From positions 1 to 64,000 of the forward strand of contig CAVUWD010000009.1 of assembly GCA_963745025.1 (NCBI GenBank): DNA of 64,000 nt. The letters are read 5' to 3'. The position numbers and the translations under genes are program-made. The DNA is from an uncultured delta proteobacterium. GTDB lineage: Bacteria; Desulfobacterota; Binatia; JACPRU01. The notes beneath the pieces are model-generated. The model did no database searches. It was given only the letters and a program-made list of their open reading frames with translations, and was not told the origin of the DNA. This document shows positions 18,018 to 27,990 of the stretch, in pieces. How positions within the stretch are numbered: position 1 is the stretch's first letter; the number at the start of each line of letters is the position of its first letter.

Positions 18018-18779
18018 ATGAAGATCAAGGGCAGCGTGGCAGTGGTGACCGGTGGAGCCTCCGGGCTCGGCGAAGCGACGGCGCGGAGACTCGCCGAGGG
18101 CGGCGGCCGGGTGACGATTCTCGACCGGCCGCAGTCGGAGGGCGAGCGCGTCGCCAAGGAGATCGGCGGGCTTTTCTGCGCCGCCGACGTGACGAGCGGG
18201 GAGCAGGTCGCGGCAGCCGTCGCCAAAACGGTCGATACGTTCGGCGGCCTGCAAATCGTCATCAACTGCGCGGGGGTCGCTACCGCCGCGCGCACGATCG
18301 CCAAGCAGGGGCCGATGCCGCTCGAGATCTTCAAGAAGACGGTCGAGATCAACTTGATCGGCAGCTTCAACGTGATTCGCCTCGCCGCCGCCCGCATGTC
18401 CGAAGGGGCTCCAAACGAGGACGGGGAGCGCGGCGTGATCATCAACACGGCGTCGGCGGCGGCCTTCGACGGTCAGATCGGACAGGTCGCCTACTCGGCC
18501 TCGAAAGGCGGCGTGGTCGCAATGACCCTGCCGATCGCCCGCGACCTCGCCTCGCTCGGCATCCGCTGCATGACGATCGCCCCCGGGACGTTCGATACGC
18601 CGATGCTCGCGCTGCTGCCCGAAGAAGCTCGCCGGGCGCTCGCCAAGGACGTGCCGTTTCCCAAGCGTCTCGGCAAGCCCGCCGAGTTCGCGGCGCTCGC
18701 CTGCCACATCGTCGAGAACGCGATGCTGAACGGCGAGACGATCCGCCTCGACGGGGCGATACGGATGCCGCCGAAATGA
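18018..18779 (+). CDS. SDR oxidoreductase, 3-hydroxyacyl-CoA dehydrogenase type II (HSD17B10-like)
   Basis: [51 protein letters not shown]. Confidence 0.93.
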   Translation: MKIKGSVAVVTGGASGLGEATARRLAEGGGRVTILDRPQSEGERVAKEIGGLFCAADVTSGEQVAAAVAKTVDTFGGLQIVINCAGVATAARTIAKQGPMPLEIFKKTVEINLIGSFNVIRLAAARMSEGAPNEDGERGVIINTASAAAFDGQIGQVAYSASKGGVVAMTLPIARDLASLGIRCMTIAPGTFDTPMLALLPEEARRALAKDVPFPKRLGKPAEFAALACHIVENAMLNGETIRLDGAIRMPPK

Positions 18780-18780
18780 G

Positions 18781-18848
18781 GGCTACGGGCTACAGGCTAC
18801 CGGCAAAGACTCCGCGGAGCCTCTTGCGGTAGCCGGTAGCCGGTAGCC
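18781..18848. repeat. Heptamer-repeat palindrome (GGCTACN)3-core-(GGTAGCC)3 between convergent genes
   Basis: ggctacg ggctaca ggctacc ggcaaagac...ctcttgc ggtagcc ggtagcc ggtagcc. Confidence 0.85.
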
Positions 18849-20091
18849 TATCCCCCCAGCGCCCCCTCGAAGTCCGCGAGCAGATCCCTCCAGTGCTCGG
18901 TGCCGACCGAGATGCGCACCAGGCCGGGCGTGATGCCCGCCTGCGCGAGCTCTGCCGCGGAGAGCTCGCTGTGGGTGGTCGTCATCGGATGGCAGGCGAG
19001 GGTCTCGACGCCGCCCAGGCTCACCGCGTTGCGCGCGATCTTCAGCCGTCGCAGGAACTCGAACGCGCCCGGCTTGCCGCCCTCGATCTCGAGCGCGAGC
19101 AGCGATCCGGGAAAATCGCACTGCGCGTCGCGGATGCGCATCTGCTCGGGGTCGGTGAAGAGCGACGGGTAGAAGACCCGCTTCACGCGGGGATGCTCCG
19201 CGAGGCGCTCGGCGATCCGCTGCGCGTTCTTGCTCTGCCGGTTCATGCGCAGCGCGACCGTCGACAGCCGCGAGTCGAGAATCCACGCCTCGTCGGCTTG
19301 GAGTATGTTGCCGAATAGCGCGCGCAAGCCGCGAAGCTCGGCCACGAGTGCCGCGTCGGCGGACATCACCACGCCGGCGAGCATGTCGCTGAAGCCGCCG
19401 AGGAACTTGGTCGCCGAGTAGACGACGAGGTCCGCGCCGAGCTCGAGCGGGTGCTGGAAGATCGGGCCCAGGAAGGTGTTGTCGACCGCCACGAGCGGCC
19501 GGTCAGGATGGCGGCGCGCCACCTCGATCGCGTGCGCGATGTCCGACATGTGAAGCGTCGGGTTGGCGGGCGTCTCGAGGAAGATCAGCCGGAGCTCGCT
19601 CGTCCGTGCGACGGCGTCTGCCAACGCCGCGCGATCACCGGCCGGGACTGGAATGCCACGCAAGCCGAGCGGCTCGAGCATCTGGTGGACGAGGTGCTGC
19701 GTGCCACCGTAGAGCGGCTGCGTGTGCAGCAGCGTCGAACCCTTGGGCAACAGCGCGAAGAAGACGGTCGCGATCGCCGCCATGCCCGAGTTGAAGACGG
19801 CGGCGCACGCGCGCCTCGCTCGAGCGGCACGAGCTGGTCCTCGAGGATCTCGGCGTTCGGGTGCGACAGGCGCGCGTAGATGAGGTCGACGTTCTCGTCG
19901 TCTTGCGGCTGAACCTTGCCGAGCGCGATCGCGAACGCGCGTTCCGCTGCCTCGGGGCTCGAGAATACGAAGGTCGAGGTGCGGTACACCGGCGGGCGGG
20001 CCGACCCGACGGAGAGCCGAGGGTCGAAGCCGCGGGTCAGGACCGCAGTTTCGGGCCTCACACGGTAGGTGACCTTTTTCACGCTACCCAT
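18848..20091 (-). CDS. Methionine gamma-lyase / cystathionine gamma-synthase family protein; one frameshift at ~19808; start ATG 20091 or GTG 20082
   Basis: N-part RPPVYRTSTFVF, LIYARLSHPNAEILED joins AAVFNSGMAAI in another frame; then VDNTFLGP, YSATKFLGG, AVSLGGVETL. Confidence 0.88.
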
Positions 20092-20116
20092 TATAGTCCT
20101 CTCCGCCCGTTTGCCG

Positions 20117-21637
20117 ATGGCGATCGTCTCGCGATACGTGCCCGTCGACCTCCGCGGACAGCGTGCCGTAGTCGCCGGCGCATCGATCGCCGGGCTCGCG
20201 GCGGCCCTCGCGCTCGCCGAGCGCGGCGCGGAGGTCGTGCTCGTCGAGGCCGACCCCGCCCCCGACACCGATTCCAGCGAAGACGCGTTCTTGCGCTGGT
20301 CGCGCCGGGGGGTGCCGCAAAGCCGGCACTCGCACGCGTTCTTGGCGCGGCTCAGAAACATCCTTCTCGGCGCCTATCCCGACTTCTACGCGGAGCTCCT
20401 CGCCGCAGGAGCGGTCGAGATACGCCTGCTCGACTTTCCGCCGCAGAGCCTCGGGCCCGTGGCGCCCGAGCCGGGCGACGAAGATCTAGTCACGATTGGG
20501 TCCCGCCGCACGACGTTCGAGTGGCTGCTGCGGGGCTACGTGAGTCGCGACCCGCGGGTCGAGATCGTCTGCGACACCGCCGTAGAGGGTCTTCTCGCAC
20601 GCCCCGGAAACCCTCCGAGGGTCCGGGGCGTCCGCATCGGCGCGAACGGCCGGAGTCGAACGATCGCTGCCGGCCTCGTCGTCGATGCGACCGGACGAGG
20701 CTCGCGGGCGGGGGATTGGCTCGAAGCAATCGGCGCCGCGCCCCCGTACGAGAAGCGCTCGCCGTCGGCGATCCTCTATTACACCCGCTTCTACAGGCGC
20801 AGGCCCGATCGGGACTTCCCGCCGCGGGGGCGCGAGCCGACCATGGCAGACTTCGGCTGGATCAAGTACGCGATCTTCCCCGCCGACAACCGATCGTACT
20901 CGATCACCTTCGCCGCCCACCTTTCGCTCCAGCGCCTGAAGGTTCTGCAGAACGCGCGAGCGTTCGAGACATTGGTCGGCGCGTTGCCGGGCATCGCTGC
21001 CTTCGGCGATCCCGAGCTTGCCGAGCCGATGCCCGTGCTCGGCCGCGACGTTCTCGCCATGGGGGGCCTCGAGAATTGCCTCCGGCGCTTCGTCGACCGT
21101 CGCGGCGAGCCGCTCGCGACGGGGTTTTTCGTCCTCGGCGACGCGGCGTATCACACCAATCCGCTCTACGGGCGCGGCACGAGCCAGGCGTTCATGCACG
21201 CGCGGCTTCTCGGCGAGGCGCTCGACGCGGCGGCCGGCGATCCGGCACGCGCGGCGCGGCTGCTCGACGAAGGAGCACGGGAAGAGATCGAGCCATTCTA
21301 CTACGCCTCCGTCGCCGCCGACCATGTCGCCTCGCGGAAGGTCGGCGCCGCGCCGACCTCCTGGGCGGTTCGCCTGTACGACTCCTACTTCGACGACGGC
21401 GTGCTCCCCGCCACCCGCGTCGACCCGCTGGTGTTCCGCACCTTCGTCCGCGTGATGAACATGATGGACATCCCGGAACGAGCCTTCTTCCAGCCCGAGG
21501 TCGTCGAGCGCGTGCTCTCCGTTTGGTTCCGCGGCGCGCGCTTTCGCCGTCGCCTCGCGCCGACGGTGCCGGACCTCGATGCGACCCTCGCCGCGATGGA
21601 GGCCGCGGCGCGCGGGGAGCAGCGCGCCGCGGGTTAG
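20117..21637 (+). CDS. FAD-dependent oxidoreductase (flavin monooxygenase/epoxidase-like)
   Basis: VVAGASIAGL Rossmann motif, RRGVPQSRHSH, VVDATGRGS, LGDAAYHTNPLYGRG. Confidence 0.85.
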   Translation: MAIVSRYVPVDLRGQRAVVAGASIAGLAAALALAERGAEVVLVEADPAPDTDSSEDAFLRWSRRGVPQSRHSHAFLARLRNILLGAYPDFYAELLAAGAVEIRLLDFPPQSLGPVAPEPGDEDLVTIGSRRTTFEWLLRGYVSRDPRVEIVCDTAVEGLLARPGNPPRVRGVRIGANGRSRTIAAGLVVDATGRGSRAGDWLEAIGAAPPYEKRSPSAILYYTRFYRRRPDRDFPPRGREPTMADFGWIKYAIFPADNRSYSITFAAHLSLQRLKVLQNARAFETLVGALPGIAAFGDPELAEPMPVLGRDVLAMGGLENCLRRFVDRRGEPLATGFFVLGDAAYHTNPLYGRGTSQAFMHARLLGEALDAAAGDPARAARLLDEGAREEIEPFYYASVAADHVASRKVGAAPTSWAVRLYDSYFDDGVLPATRVDPLVFRTFVRVMNMMDIPERAFFQPEVVERVLSVWFRGARFRRRLAPTVPDLDATLAAMEAAARGEQRAAG

Positions 21638-21761
21638 CCGGGCCCGAAAATACCCGCCGTGCGTTCTCGCGTGGCCCGGCGTCGGGAGACGTCACATTGT
21701 CGGGCAATAGATCTCGGAACGCTCTCCTGCTTCGATCGGGTTCTCGACGAGGACCTTGGAG

Positions 21762-23162
21762 TCAGACCGTCGGAACGAGCGGCCCTTCCAGGATGCGCCG
21801 CGCCAGATGCGGAGCAAGCCGCGCATTGATTCCGGCATAGTCCTCCCACTTCTTGGTGGCCGCGAAGCGCACGCGCAGCGCCCGCTCTCGCTGCTCCTCG
21901 ACGCTCGCCTGCTCGAAGCCCTCCTCGACGTCCTTCACCGAGGCGACACCCGCGGCATCGACGCCGAGGCCGCGCTCGACGCCGCTCGATTCCCAAAGAT
22001 TGGTCTCGCGCACGAACGCGCCGGCGATCTGTCCGGTCGAGAGCCGCACGGGCTTGACGTCGATCAGCGAAGGAAACTTCTGCCGGCCACGGTCGGCGAT
22101 CTCGGCGAGCTTCGCCGGCGGGCTGTCGAGGATTTCGGCGTCCGAGGTGTCGTAGATGCGGAAGAGATACTCCACCTTGAGGATCGCCGTCGCGTTGTTG
22201 ATGTAGTACGACTCCCGGGGATCGATGCCGGTGCCGGCGAAAGCGGGGTCCTCGGCCAGCTCGAAATCGCCGCTCGGACGCACGATCAGCGCGCCGCCCT
22301 TCCCCGCCGGGCCGTCCGGCCGGCGAGATACCTCGACGACGAGGTTTCGCTCCGCCTCGATCATCCTCCCGAGGATCACGAGCCAGCGATCGTCGAGCAG
22401 CCCGCCGATGTTGTCGATGTTGCGAACGCTCAGGTAGCGAACTCCGCGCCGCAGCAGCCGGGCGAGCGTGCCGGACGAGATCAGTTGATGCAGAAACTCG
22501 CCGTGACCGCCCGGTCTGCGGATCGCGAGCTCGCAGCCGGCGAAGCTCCGCGACAGCTCGAGAGCGCATTCGACGTCGCGCTGGCTCGCGAAATTCTTGC
22601 GCGAGCGCTCGACGTCGGCGACGCTGGCGACGATCTGGGGATCGAGCGCCTGGCAAAACGGGAAAACCGCTTCCGGCGAAATCTCCGCGGCCCGGCCGAT
22701 GTGTCGCTCGATCTCTTCCCGGTTGGCCTCGCTCACCAAGAGTACGATCGGACACGAGGTCCGCGTCTCGCTCGACAAACGTACGACGTTGGCGAGAAAG
22801 AGGTCGAGAAAGGACAGCACCCGTCCGTCGATCTCGACGACCGGTACCATTGCCTTGCTCTTGATCTCCGCTCCTCCCGCTCGCTCGAGCAGACGGTGCG
22901 CTTCGGGCGGCACTTCGGCGAGATTCATCCGTGTGCTCGCTCCGGCGGCCAAGACGCCATAGGCGACCTCGCCGCGACGAAGCGCCTCGATTCCGCGCGC
23001 GATCGCTGCGCTACGCTCCGCGCGGGCCAGTCGCTCGATCTCCGTGACGTCTTCGCGGCGGCTCGGCCGGAATTCGCCGCGCAGGCGCGCCTGCGCCAGC
23101 CGACCTTCGAGGTAGGCTTCGCCGAGCGCCGAACGCGCGCCGATCTCGGGGGGATTCGTCAT
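21762..23162 (-). CDS. UTP--hexose-1-phosphate uridylyltransferase, UDPGP/UAP (eukaryote-like) family
   Basis: LAAGASTRM, KSKAM, FCQ, RPGGHGEF, YLSVRNIDNIGG, KGGAL, RFAATK; ATGA-coupled to thiI. Confidence 0.72.
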   Translation of the reverse strand: MTNPPEIGARSALGEAYLEGRLAQARLRGEFRPSRREDVTEIERLARAERSAAIARGIEALRRGEVAYGVLAAGASTRMNLAEVPPEAHRLLERAGGAEIKSKAMVPVVEIDGRVLSFLDLFLANVVRLSSETRTSCPIVLLVSEANREEIERHIGRAAEISPEAVFPFCQALDPQIVASVADVERSRKNFASQRDVECALELSRSFAGCELAIRRPGGHGEFLHQLISSGTLARLLRRGVRYLSVRNIDNIGGLLDDRWLVILGRMIEAERNLVVEVSRRPDGPAGKGGALIVRPSGDFELAEDPAFAGTGIDPRESYYINNATAILKVEYLFRIYDTSDAEILDSPPAKLAEIADRGRQKFPSLIDVKPVRLSTGQIAGAFVRETNLWESSGVERGLGVDAAGVASVKDVEEGFEQASVEEQRERALRVRFAATKKWEDYAGINARLAPHLARRILEGPLVPTV

Positions 23163-24397
23163 CGATCTCTCGCCGCTCGCAGACGCTCCGCCGCGGGCTC
23201 GCGGTCCGCGACGGGATAGCGATAGCGCTCGACGACGGCGCCGTCGACCGCCACGGCGATCAGCCGAGGCACGTCGAGCGCGGATTCGGCCGCCTCGATC
23301 GCGGCCAGGCGCGCGCGCGTCGTCGGATGCCGCGGTACGAAGAGAGAGCAGCAATCCTGGTCCGGCTCGATCGAGATTTCGAACGTGCCGAGCCGCTCGG
23401 CTTCCGTGCTGATCTCGAGCTTGTCCATGCCGATCAACGGACGGAAGAGAGGCAGCGAGGCCGCCTGCTCGACGACGGCCAGATTGGACAACGTCTGCGA
23501 GGCCACCTGACCGAGGCTGTCGCCCGTGACCAGCGCCTCGGCGCCGATCCGACGGGCGATCTCCGAGGCGATCCGCAGCATCATTCGTCGGTAGAGAATG
23601 ACCCGGGGCGGCGGCGGCACGCCCGTGACGATTTCTCGCTGGACCTCGCCGAACGGCACCAGCACCAGCCGGGCGTCGCCGTGGTAGGCGACGAGCCGCC
23701 GCACGATCTCGCGCGTCTTCTCCTGGCTCGAGCGGTCGAGATAGGGGGCACTGTGAAAGTGCACGAACGTGACGCGGCAGCCTCGCCGCATCATGCGCGC
23801 GGCGGCCACGGGCGAGTCGATCCCTCCCGAGAGCAGCGCGACGACATGGCCGGAAACGCCGACCGGGAGGCCGCCGGCGCCCGGAACCTTCTCGACGGAA
23901 TAGAGCATCTCTCCGGGCAGGATCTCGATCGTGACCGTCAGCTCCGCGCGATCGAGATCGACACGCCGCCGGGTCGCTTCCTTGATGACCGTTCCGACCG
24001 CGGCATTGACCGCGGGCGACGGGAGCGGAAAGCGCTTGTCCGCGCGGCGGGTGACGACGCGGAAGGAATCGAAGTGCCGCGGACGGATCTCCTCCACGAT
24101 CGCGCGCGCGAGCGGAGCGAGATCCGCCGTTTGACCGTTCTCGATCGGCGGCCAGGGAACGCTCCTCGCCAGCGAGAAGTTGGCGACGCCGAAGACGCGG
24201 CGCAGCCGTTCGCGAAGCGCGGGCCACGCGGAGTCGTCGTTCAGCACGACGGCCACGCGTCCGTGGCGATCGGCGATCTTGCCAACCGGCAGATCGATAG
24301 TCGCGTGGCGGATGTTGTCGATCAGTTGCGCAGCGAACCGCGCGCGGTTGCCACGCTTCAGCGTGATCTCGTGATAGCGGGCGATCAGCAAGGCCAT
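23159..24397 (-). CDS. thiI: tRNA 4-thiouridine(8) synthase ThiI (THUMP + PP-loop, no rhodanese domain)
   Basis: RYHEITLKRGNR, VFGVANFS, GGLPVG, LLSGGIDSPVA, TGDSLGQVASQT, RPLIGMDK, DQDCC. Confidence 0.95.
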   Translation of the reverse strand: MALLIARYHEITLKRGNRARFAAQLIDNIRHATIDLPVGKIADRHGRVAVVLNDDSAWPALRERLRRVFGVANFSLARSVPWPPIENGQTADLAPLARAIVEEIRPRHFDSFRVVTRRADKRFPLPSPAVNAAVGTVIKEATRRRVDLDRAELTVTIEILPGEMLYSVEKVPGAGGLPVGVSGHVVALLSGGIDSPVAAARMMRRGCRVTFVHFHSAPYLDRSSQEKTREIVRRLVAYHGDARLVLVPFGEVQREIVTGVPPPPRVILYRRMMLRIASEIARRIGAEALVTGDSLGQVASQTLSNLAVVEQAASLPLFRPLIGMDKLEISTEAERLGTFEISIEPDQDCCSLFVPRHPTTRARLAAIEAAESALDVPRLIAVAVDGAVVERYRYPVADREPAAERLRAARDR

Positions 24398-24636
24398 CGT
24401 AAGAGAGATACCACGCACCCGCCCATGCAAACACATCGATCTCGAGCATCCGCGGTCCGGGTGCCCGAAGCGCGCACAGCGAACCAAGACGACGAACGCC
24501 TCGTGGAGGAGCCGTGACGAGAGCGTGGCTCGCAGACCTCAGTCGCGTCGAGCGCCAGGCCCGTAAAGCGGCCTCGAAATCGTAAACCGGAACCAGGAAA
24601 GGCAAGGAGGGGTCCGCCAGCGTCCGAGATCGAGGG

Positions 24637-26184
24637 CTACTCTGCCACGTCGGCCTCGACGATGCGCACCTCGACCTTCTTCTCCGCCGTCGGACCCGGC
24701 AGCGGGCCGATCCGGCTGGTCTTCCTGGCGGAGCTTCCGGCCGAGATCGCGTGGCGGAAGGTGAGCACGTCGCGTTGATGAAGCTTGTCCTTCTTGTCGT
24801 CGATCTGGAGCTCCACGCGCACGTCGCGAACCGCGACGGGGCCGTTGTTGCGGATCTCGACGATCAGGTAGCCGCTGTCGTCGCGGTGGGTGTCGTAGCT
24901 CAGATAGCCCTGCGGGCTCTGCGGCAGCTCGATGCGGGCGAGCGCGATCTTGGCACGCCGGCCGATCTCGTCGTCGGCCGACGCCGCGCTGCGAAATCGC
25001 TCGACCGCCTCGCTCGAGTCCCCTGCGGCCAGCGCCAGCTCGCCGAGCGAGAAGTTCGCCACCGAGGTGGGGAGGAGGTTCACGCTCTTCTCGAGATCGC
25101 GCCGGGCGGGGTCGTCGTCACCCGCGCGGCGGTGCAGCAGGCCGCGCTGGAGGTAGAACTGAAAGTAGTCTCCGTCACGCTCGATTGCCTGCGTGTAGTC
25201 TTCGAGCGCGTCGTCATAGCGCCGCAGCCGCGTCTCCGCGTCGGCGCGCAAACCGTGAAAGAGCGCCTCGCGCGGCTCGATCTTCAGCGCCTCGTCCGCT
25301 TGCCGGAGCGCGCCCCGGGCGTCGCCGCGGGCTAAGGCCGCGCGACCCTCGTCGTGGGCCCGATAGGCGTCGCGCGTACGCTGCAGCGAGGCTGTGTGTC
25401 TTCGAAAGTCTTCCCGGCCGAGGTTGCCGCCGGGCGGCAGGGAGGCGAGTGTGGCCCGATTCGCTTCGACCCGCTCGCTGGACGGCGGATGGCTCGAGAA
25501 GATTCCTGCCAGCCATCCCTCCTGCCCGCCTTCGGCGAGCCGCACGAACGTCTCCTGCAGCGTGGCGGCCGCCTGCGGATCGTAGCCGGCGCGGGACATG
25601 TAGATCATGCCGTAGTGGTCCGCTTCGAGCTCCTGCTCGCGGCTATAGCGCTGCACCACCAGCGCCGCGCCGATCGAGGCCCCCGCGCCGGCGAGCGGGC
25701 CGTAGGAAGTGTCCGCGAGGCCGATCTCGAGCCCGAGTAGAGCGGTCTGCAGAACGAGGGCGCGCTGCATCGATTGCGCCGGATGACGGGCCGCAGCATG
25801 CACCACCTCGTGGCCGAGCACGGCGGCGAGCTGGGACTCGTCGCCGAGCTCGAGAAGGAGGCCGCGATTGACCGCGATCTTCCCCCCGGGGAGCGTCCAG
25901 GCGTTCGGGACGGAACTGTTCAGAACGACGAACTCGTAGGGGAGGCTCGGCCGATCGCCGACGGCCGCGAGCCTCGCGCCGACTTCGCGGACGTAGGCGG
26001 AGAGCTCCGGGTCAAGGCGGTACTGGCCCCCACCGGCTTGCTGCGCCGGCTGGTACTGCCGCTCTCCCTGCGACAGCTCGACCGATTCCGGGATGATCTG
26101 AAGCTCCCGCTGGCCGGTGACCGGGTTGACGGAGCACCCCGCGATCGCTGCGGCGAGCGAGAGAGCGAAAAGGCGGCGTTTCAC
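24637..26184 (-). CDS. M48-family zinc metalloprotease lipoprotein with TPR repeats (BepA-like)
   Basis: Lipobox IAGC+SVNPVTG, VPNAWTLPGG, GHEVVH (HExxH), YSREQELEAD, SHPPSSER, TPR helices. Confidence 0.9.
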   Translation of the reverse strand: MKRRLFALSLAAAIAGCSVNPVTGQRELQIIPESVELSQGERQYQPAQQAGGGQYRLDPELSAYVREVGARLAAVGDRPSLPYEFVVLNSSVPNAWTLPGGKIAVNRGLLLELGDESQLAAVLGHEVVHAAARHPAQSMQRALVLQTALLGLEIGLADTSYGPLAGAGASIGAALVVQRYSREQELEADHYGMIYMSRAGYDPQAAATLQETFVRLAEGGQEGWLAGIFSSHPPSSERVEANRATLASLPPGGNLGREDFRRHTASLQRTRDAYRAHDEGRAALARGDARGALRQADEALKIEPREALFHGLRADAETRLRRYDDALEDYTQAIERDGDYFQFYLQRGLLHRRAGDDDPARRDLEKSVNLLPTSVANFSLGELALAAGDSSEAVERFRSAASADDEIGRRAKIALARIELPQSPQGYLSYDTHRDDSGYLIVEIRNNGPVAVRDVRVELQIDDKKDKLHQRDVLTFRHAISAGSSARKTSRIGPLPGPTAEKKVEVRIVEADVAE

Positions 26185-26519
26185 ACGGCGCGGGTATGGC
26201 AAAGCCGATCTTCGCGTGTCAACGGGCGGCCTACGGCCACTCGGCTTCTGCATCATCGCGAGCGGGAGAGGCCCGATCCCGTGGCTGCGCCCATCGACCG
26301 GAGAGCATCCCCCGGATCTTGGCTGTGTGCTTGGCGACGAAGGTTTCCATGGCGGCCATCGAGCTCCAGCCGGGGTCGCAGTGGAAGCAGTGCTCAAGCG
26401 CCACGGCGAAAGTACCAGCCGCGGGCGCCAGCCCGCCTTGGTTGCCGCCGAAGGTCCACGTTAGCTGACGATCATGTTGACACACCGTAGCCTCGCCCAT
26501 ATGTAACCCCGCTGTTCTC

Positions 26520-27989
26520 ATGCTGTCCGATTCGTCACGCAGAGACCCGCGGGGCGGCGGTTTCCTCCGCCGATTGCGGCTCTGGGCGACCATCGCCGTC
26601 TTGCTCGCCATCGGCTATTTCGGCTGGGTGAAGTTCGAGTGGTCGCGTCCGACCGCGACGCTCCGGCAGCCGCTCCAGTTCCTTGGCAAGCACGCCGAGA
26701 TTCCGCTCGACGTCGCCGACTGGGGGACCGGCTTGGCTTCGCTCGACGTCTCGATCGATGCTGGCGGAACGCGCTACCAGGTGCTTTCCGAGGGCTATCC
26801 GGCCGCGAGCTGGCGCGGCAGCGGGATTCACGAAAAATCGTTCACGCTCGCAGTCGCCCCGAGCGACGCGAAGATGCCCGAAGGTCCGGCGAAGCTGACC
26901 GTCACGGCTCGCGACGGGTCGTGGCTGAACTTCCTCGTGTCGCGGCCGCCGACGCTCGTCCAGCCGATCCAGATCGACTACACGCCGCCGAGCGTGGAGG
27001 TGCTGACGACCCAACACTACATGCGGCTCGGCGGCAGCGACATGGTGATCTACAAGACGTCGAAAGACGCGGTGCGAAGCGGCGTCGTCGTGGAGCAGTA
27101 CTTTTTCCCGGGGACCAAAGGCCTGCTTCCCGACGCGGACATCGCCGCGGCGATCTTCGCCGTGCCGCAGGATCTCACACCGGCCGCGCGCCCGAAGGTC
27201 GTCGCCGAGGATGCCGCCGGCAACCGGCGCGCGGCCGACTTCTTCGTTTCGATCAAGCCGCGGAAGTTCGCGGAGCGAACGCTCGACGTCAACGACGACT
27301 TCCTCAAGCGAAAAGTGCCGGGGCTTCTCGAGATCAACCACCTCGCCGCAACCGACGATCTGCTCGCGGGCTATCTCGCCATCAATCGCAGCCTCCGCAA
27401 GCAGAGCGAAGAGACCATACGCAAGGTGTGTAGCCACTCCGAACCGAAGATGCTGTGGAGCGAGGTGTTTCTGCGCCAGCCGGACTCCGCGCCGCTCTCG
27501 AGCTTCGCCGACCGGCGAACCTACAAGCACGACGGCACGGTCATCGATTCGCAGACCCACCTCGGGTTCGACCTCGCATCGTTGCGTCAGAGCCCCGTCG
27601 TCGCCGAGAACAACGGCAAGGTCGTGTTCGCCGAGAACCTCGGTATCTACGGCAATGTGGTGATCCTCGACCACGGCCTCGGGCTATTCTCGCTTTACGG
27701 ACATCTGAGCTCGATCGGCGTGGCCGTCGGCCAGAGCGTGCAGCGGGGCGATAGCCTCGGGCGCACCGGCGAGACCGGCCTCGCCGCCGGCGATCATCTG
27801 CACTTCAGCATCATGGTCGACGGCATACACGTGGACCCGGTCGAGTGGTGGGACCCCAAGTGGGTCGCCGATCACGTGACCGAGAAGCTGAAGTCCTTCG
27901 AGAACCCGGCGACCACGGCCGCGGCCGGCGCCCCGCCGGCGAGCGCTCCCCCGCCCGAAACCGGGCACCGAGGACGGCGCCGGCGGTGA
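26520..27989 (+). CDS. M23-family metallopeptidase
   Basis: N-terminal TM, THLGFDLA, GIYGNVVILDHG, LYGHLS, GETGLAAGDHLHF. Confidence 0.92.
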   Translation: MLSDSSRRDPRGGGFLRRLRLWATIAVLLAIGYFGWVKFEWSRPTATLRQPLQFLGKHAEIPLDVADWGTGLASLDVSIDAGGTRYQVLSEGYPAASWRGSGIHEKSFTLAVAPSDAKMPEGPAKLTVTARDGSWLNFLVSRPPTLVQPIQIDYTPPSVEVLTTQHYMRLGGSDMVIYKTSKDAVRSGVVVEQYFFPGTKGLLPDADIAAAIFAVPQDLTPAARPKVVAEDAAGNRRAADFFVSIKPRKFAERTLDVNDDFLKRKVPGLLEINHLAATDDLLAGYLAINRSLRKQSEETIRKVCSHSEPKMLWSEVFLRQPDSAPLSSFADRRTYKHDGTVIDSQTHLGFDLASLRQSPVVAENNGKVVFAENLGIYGNVVILDHGLGLFSLYGHLSSIGVAVGQSVQRGDSLGRTGETGLAAGDHLHFSIMVDGIHVDPVEWWDPKWVADHVTEKLKSFENPATTAAAGAPPASAPPPETGHRGRRRR

Positions 27990-27990
27990 G

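Noticed and set aside
21762-24605. 947-aa ORF suggesting a fusion
   Set aside because: The N-terminal half is an alternative frame over thiI; the real gene starts at 23162.
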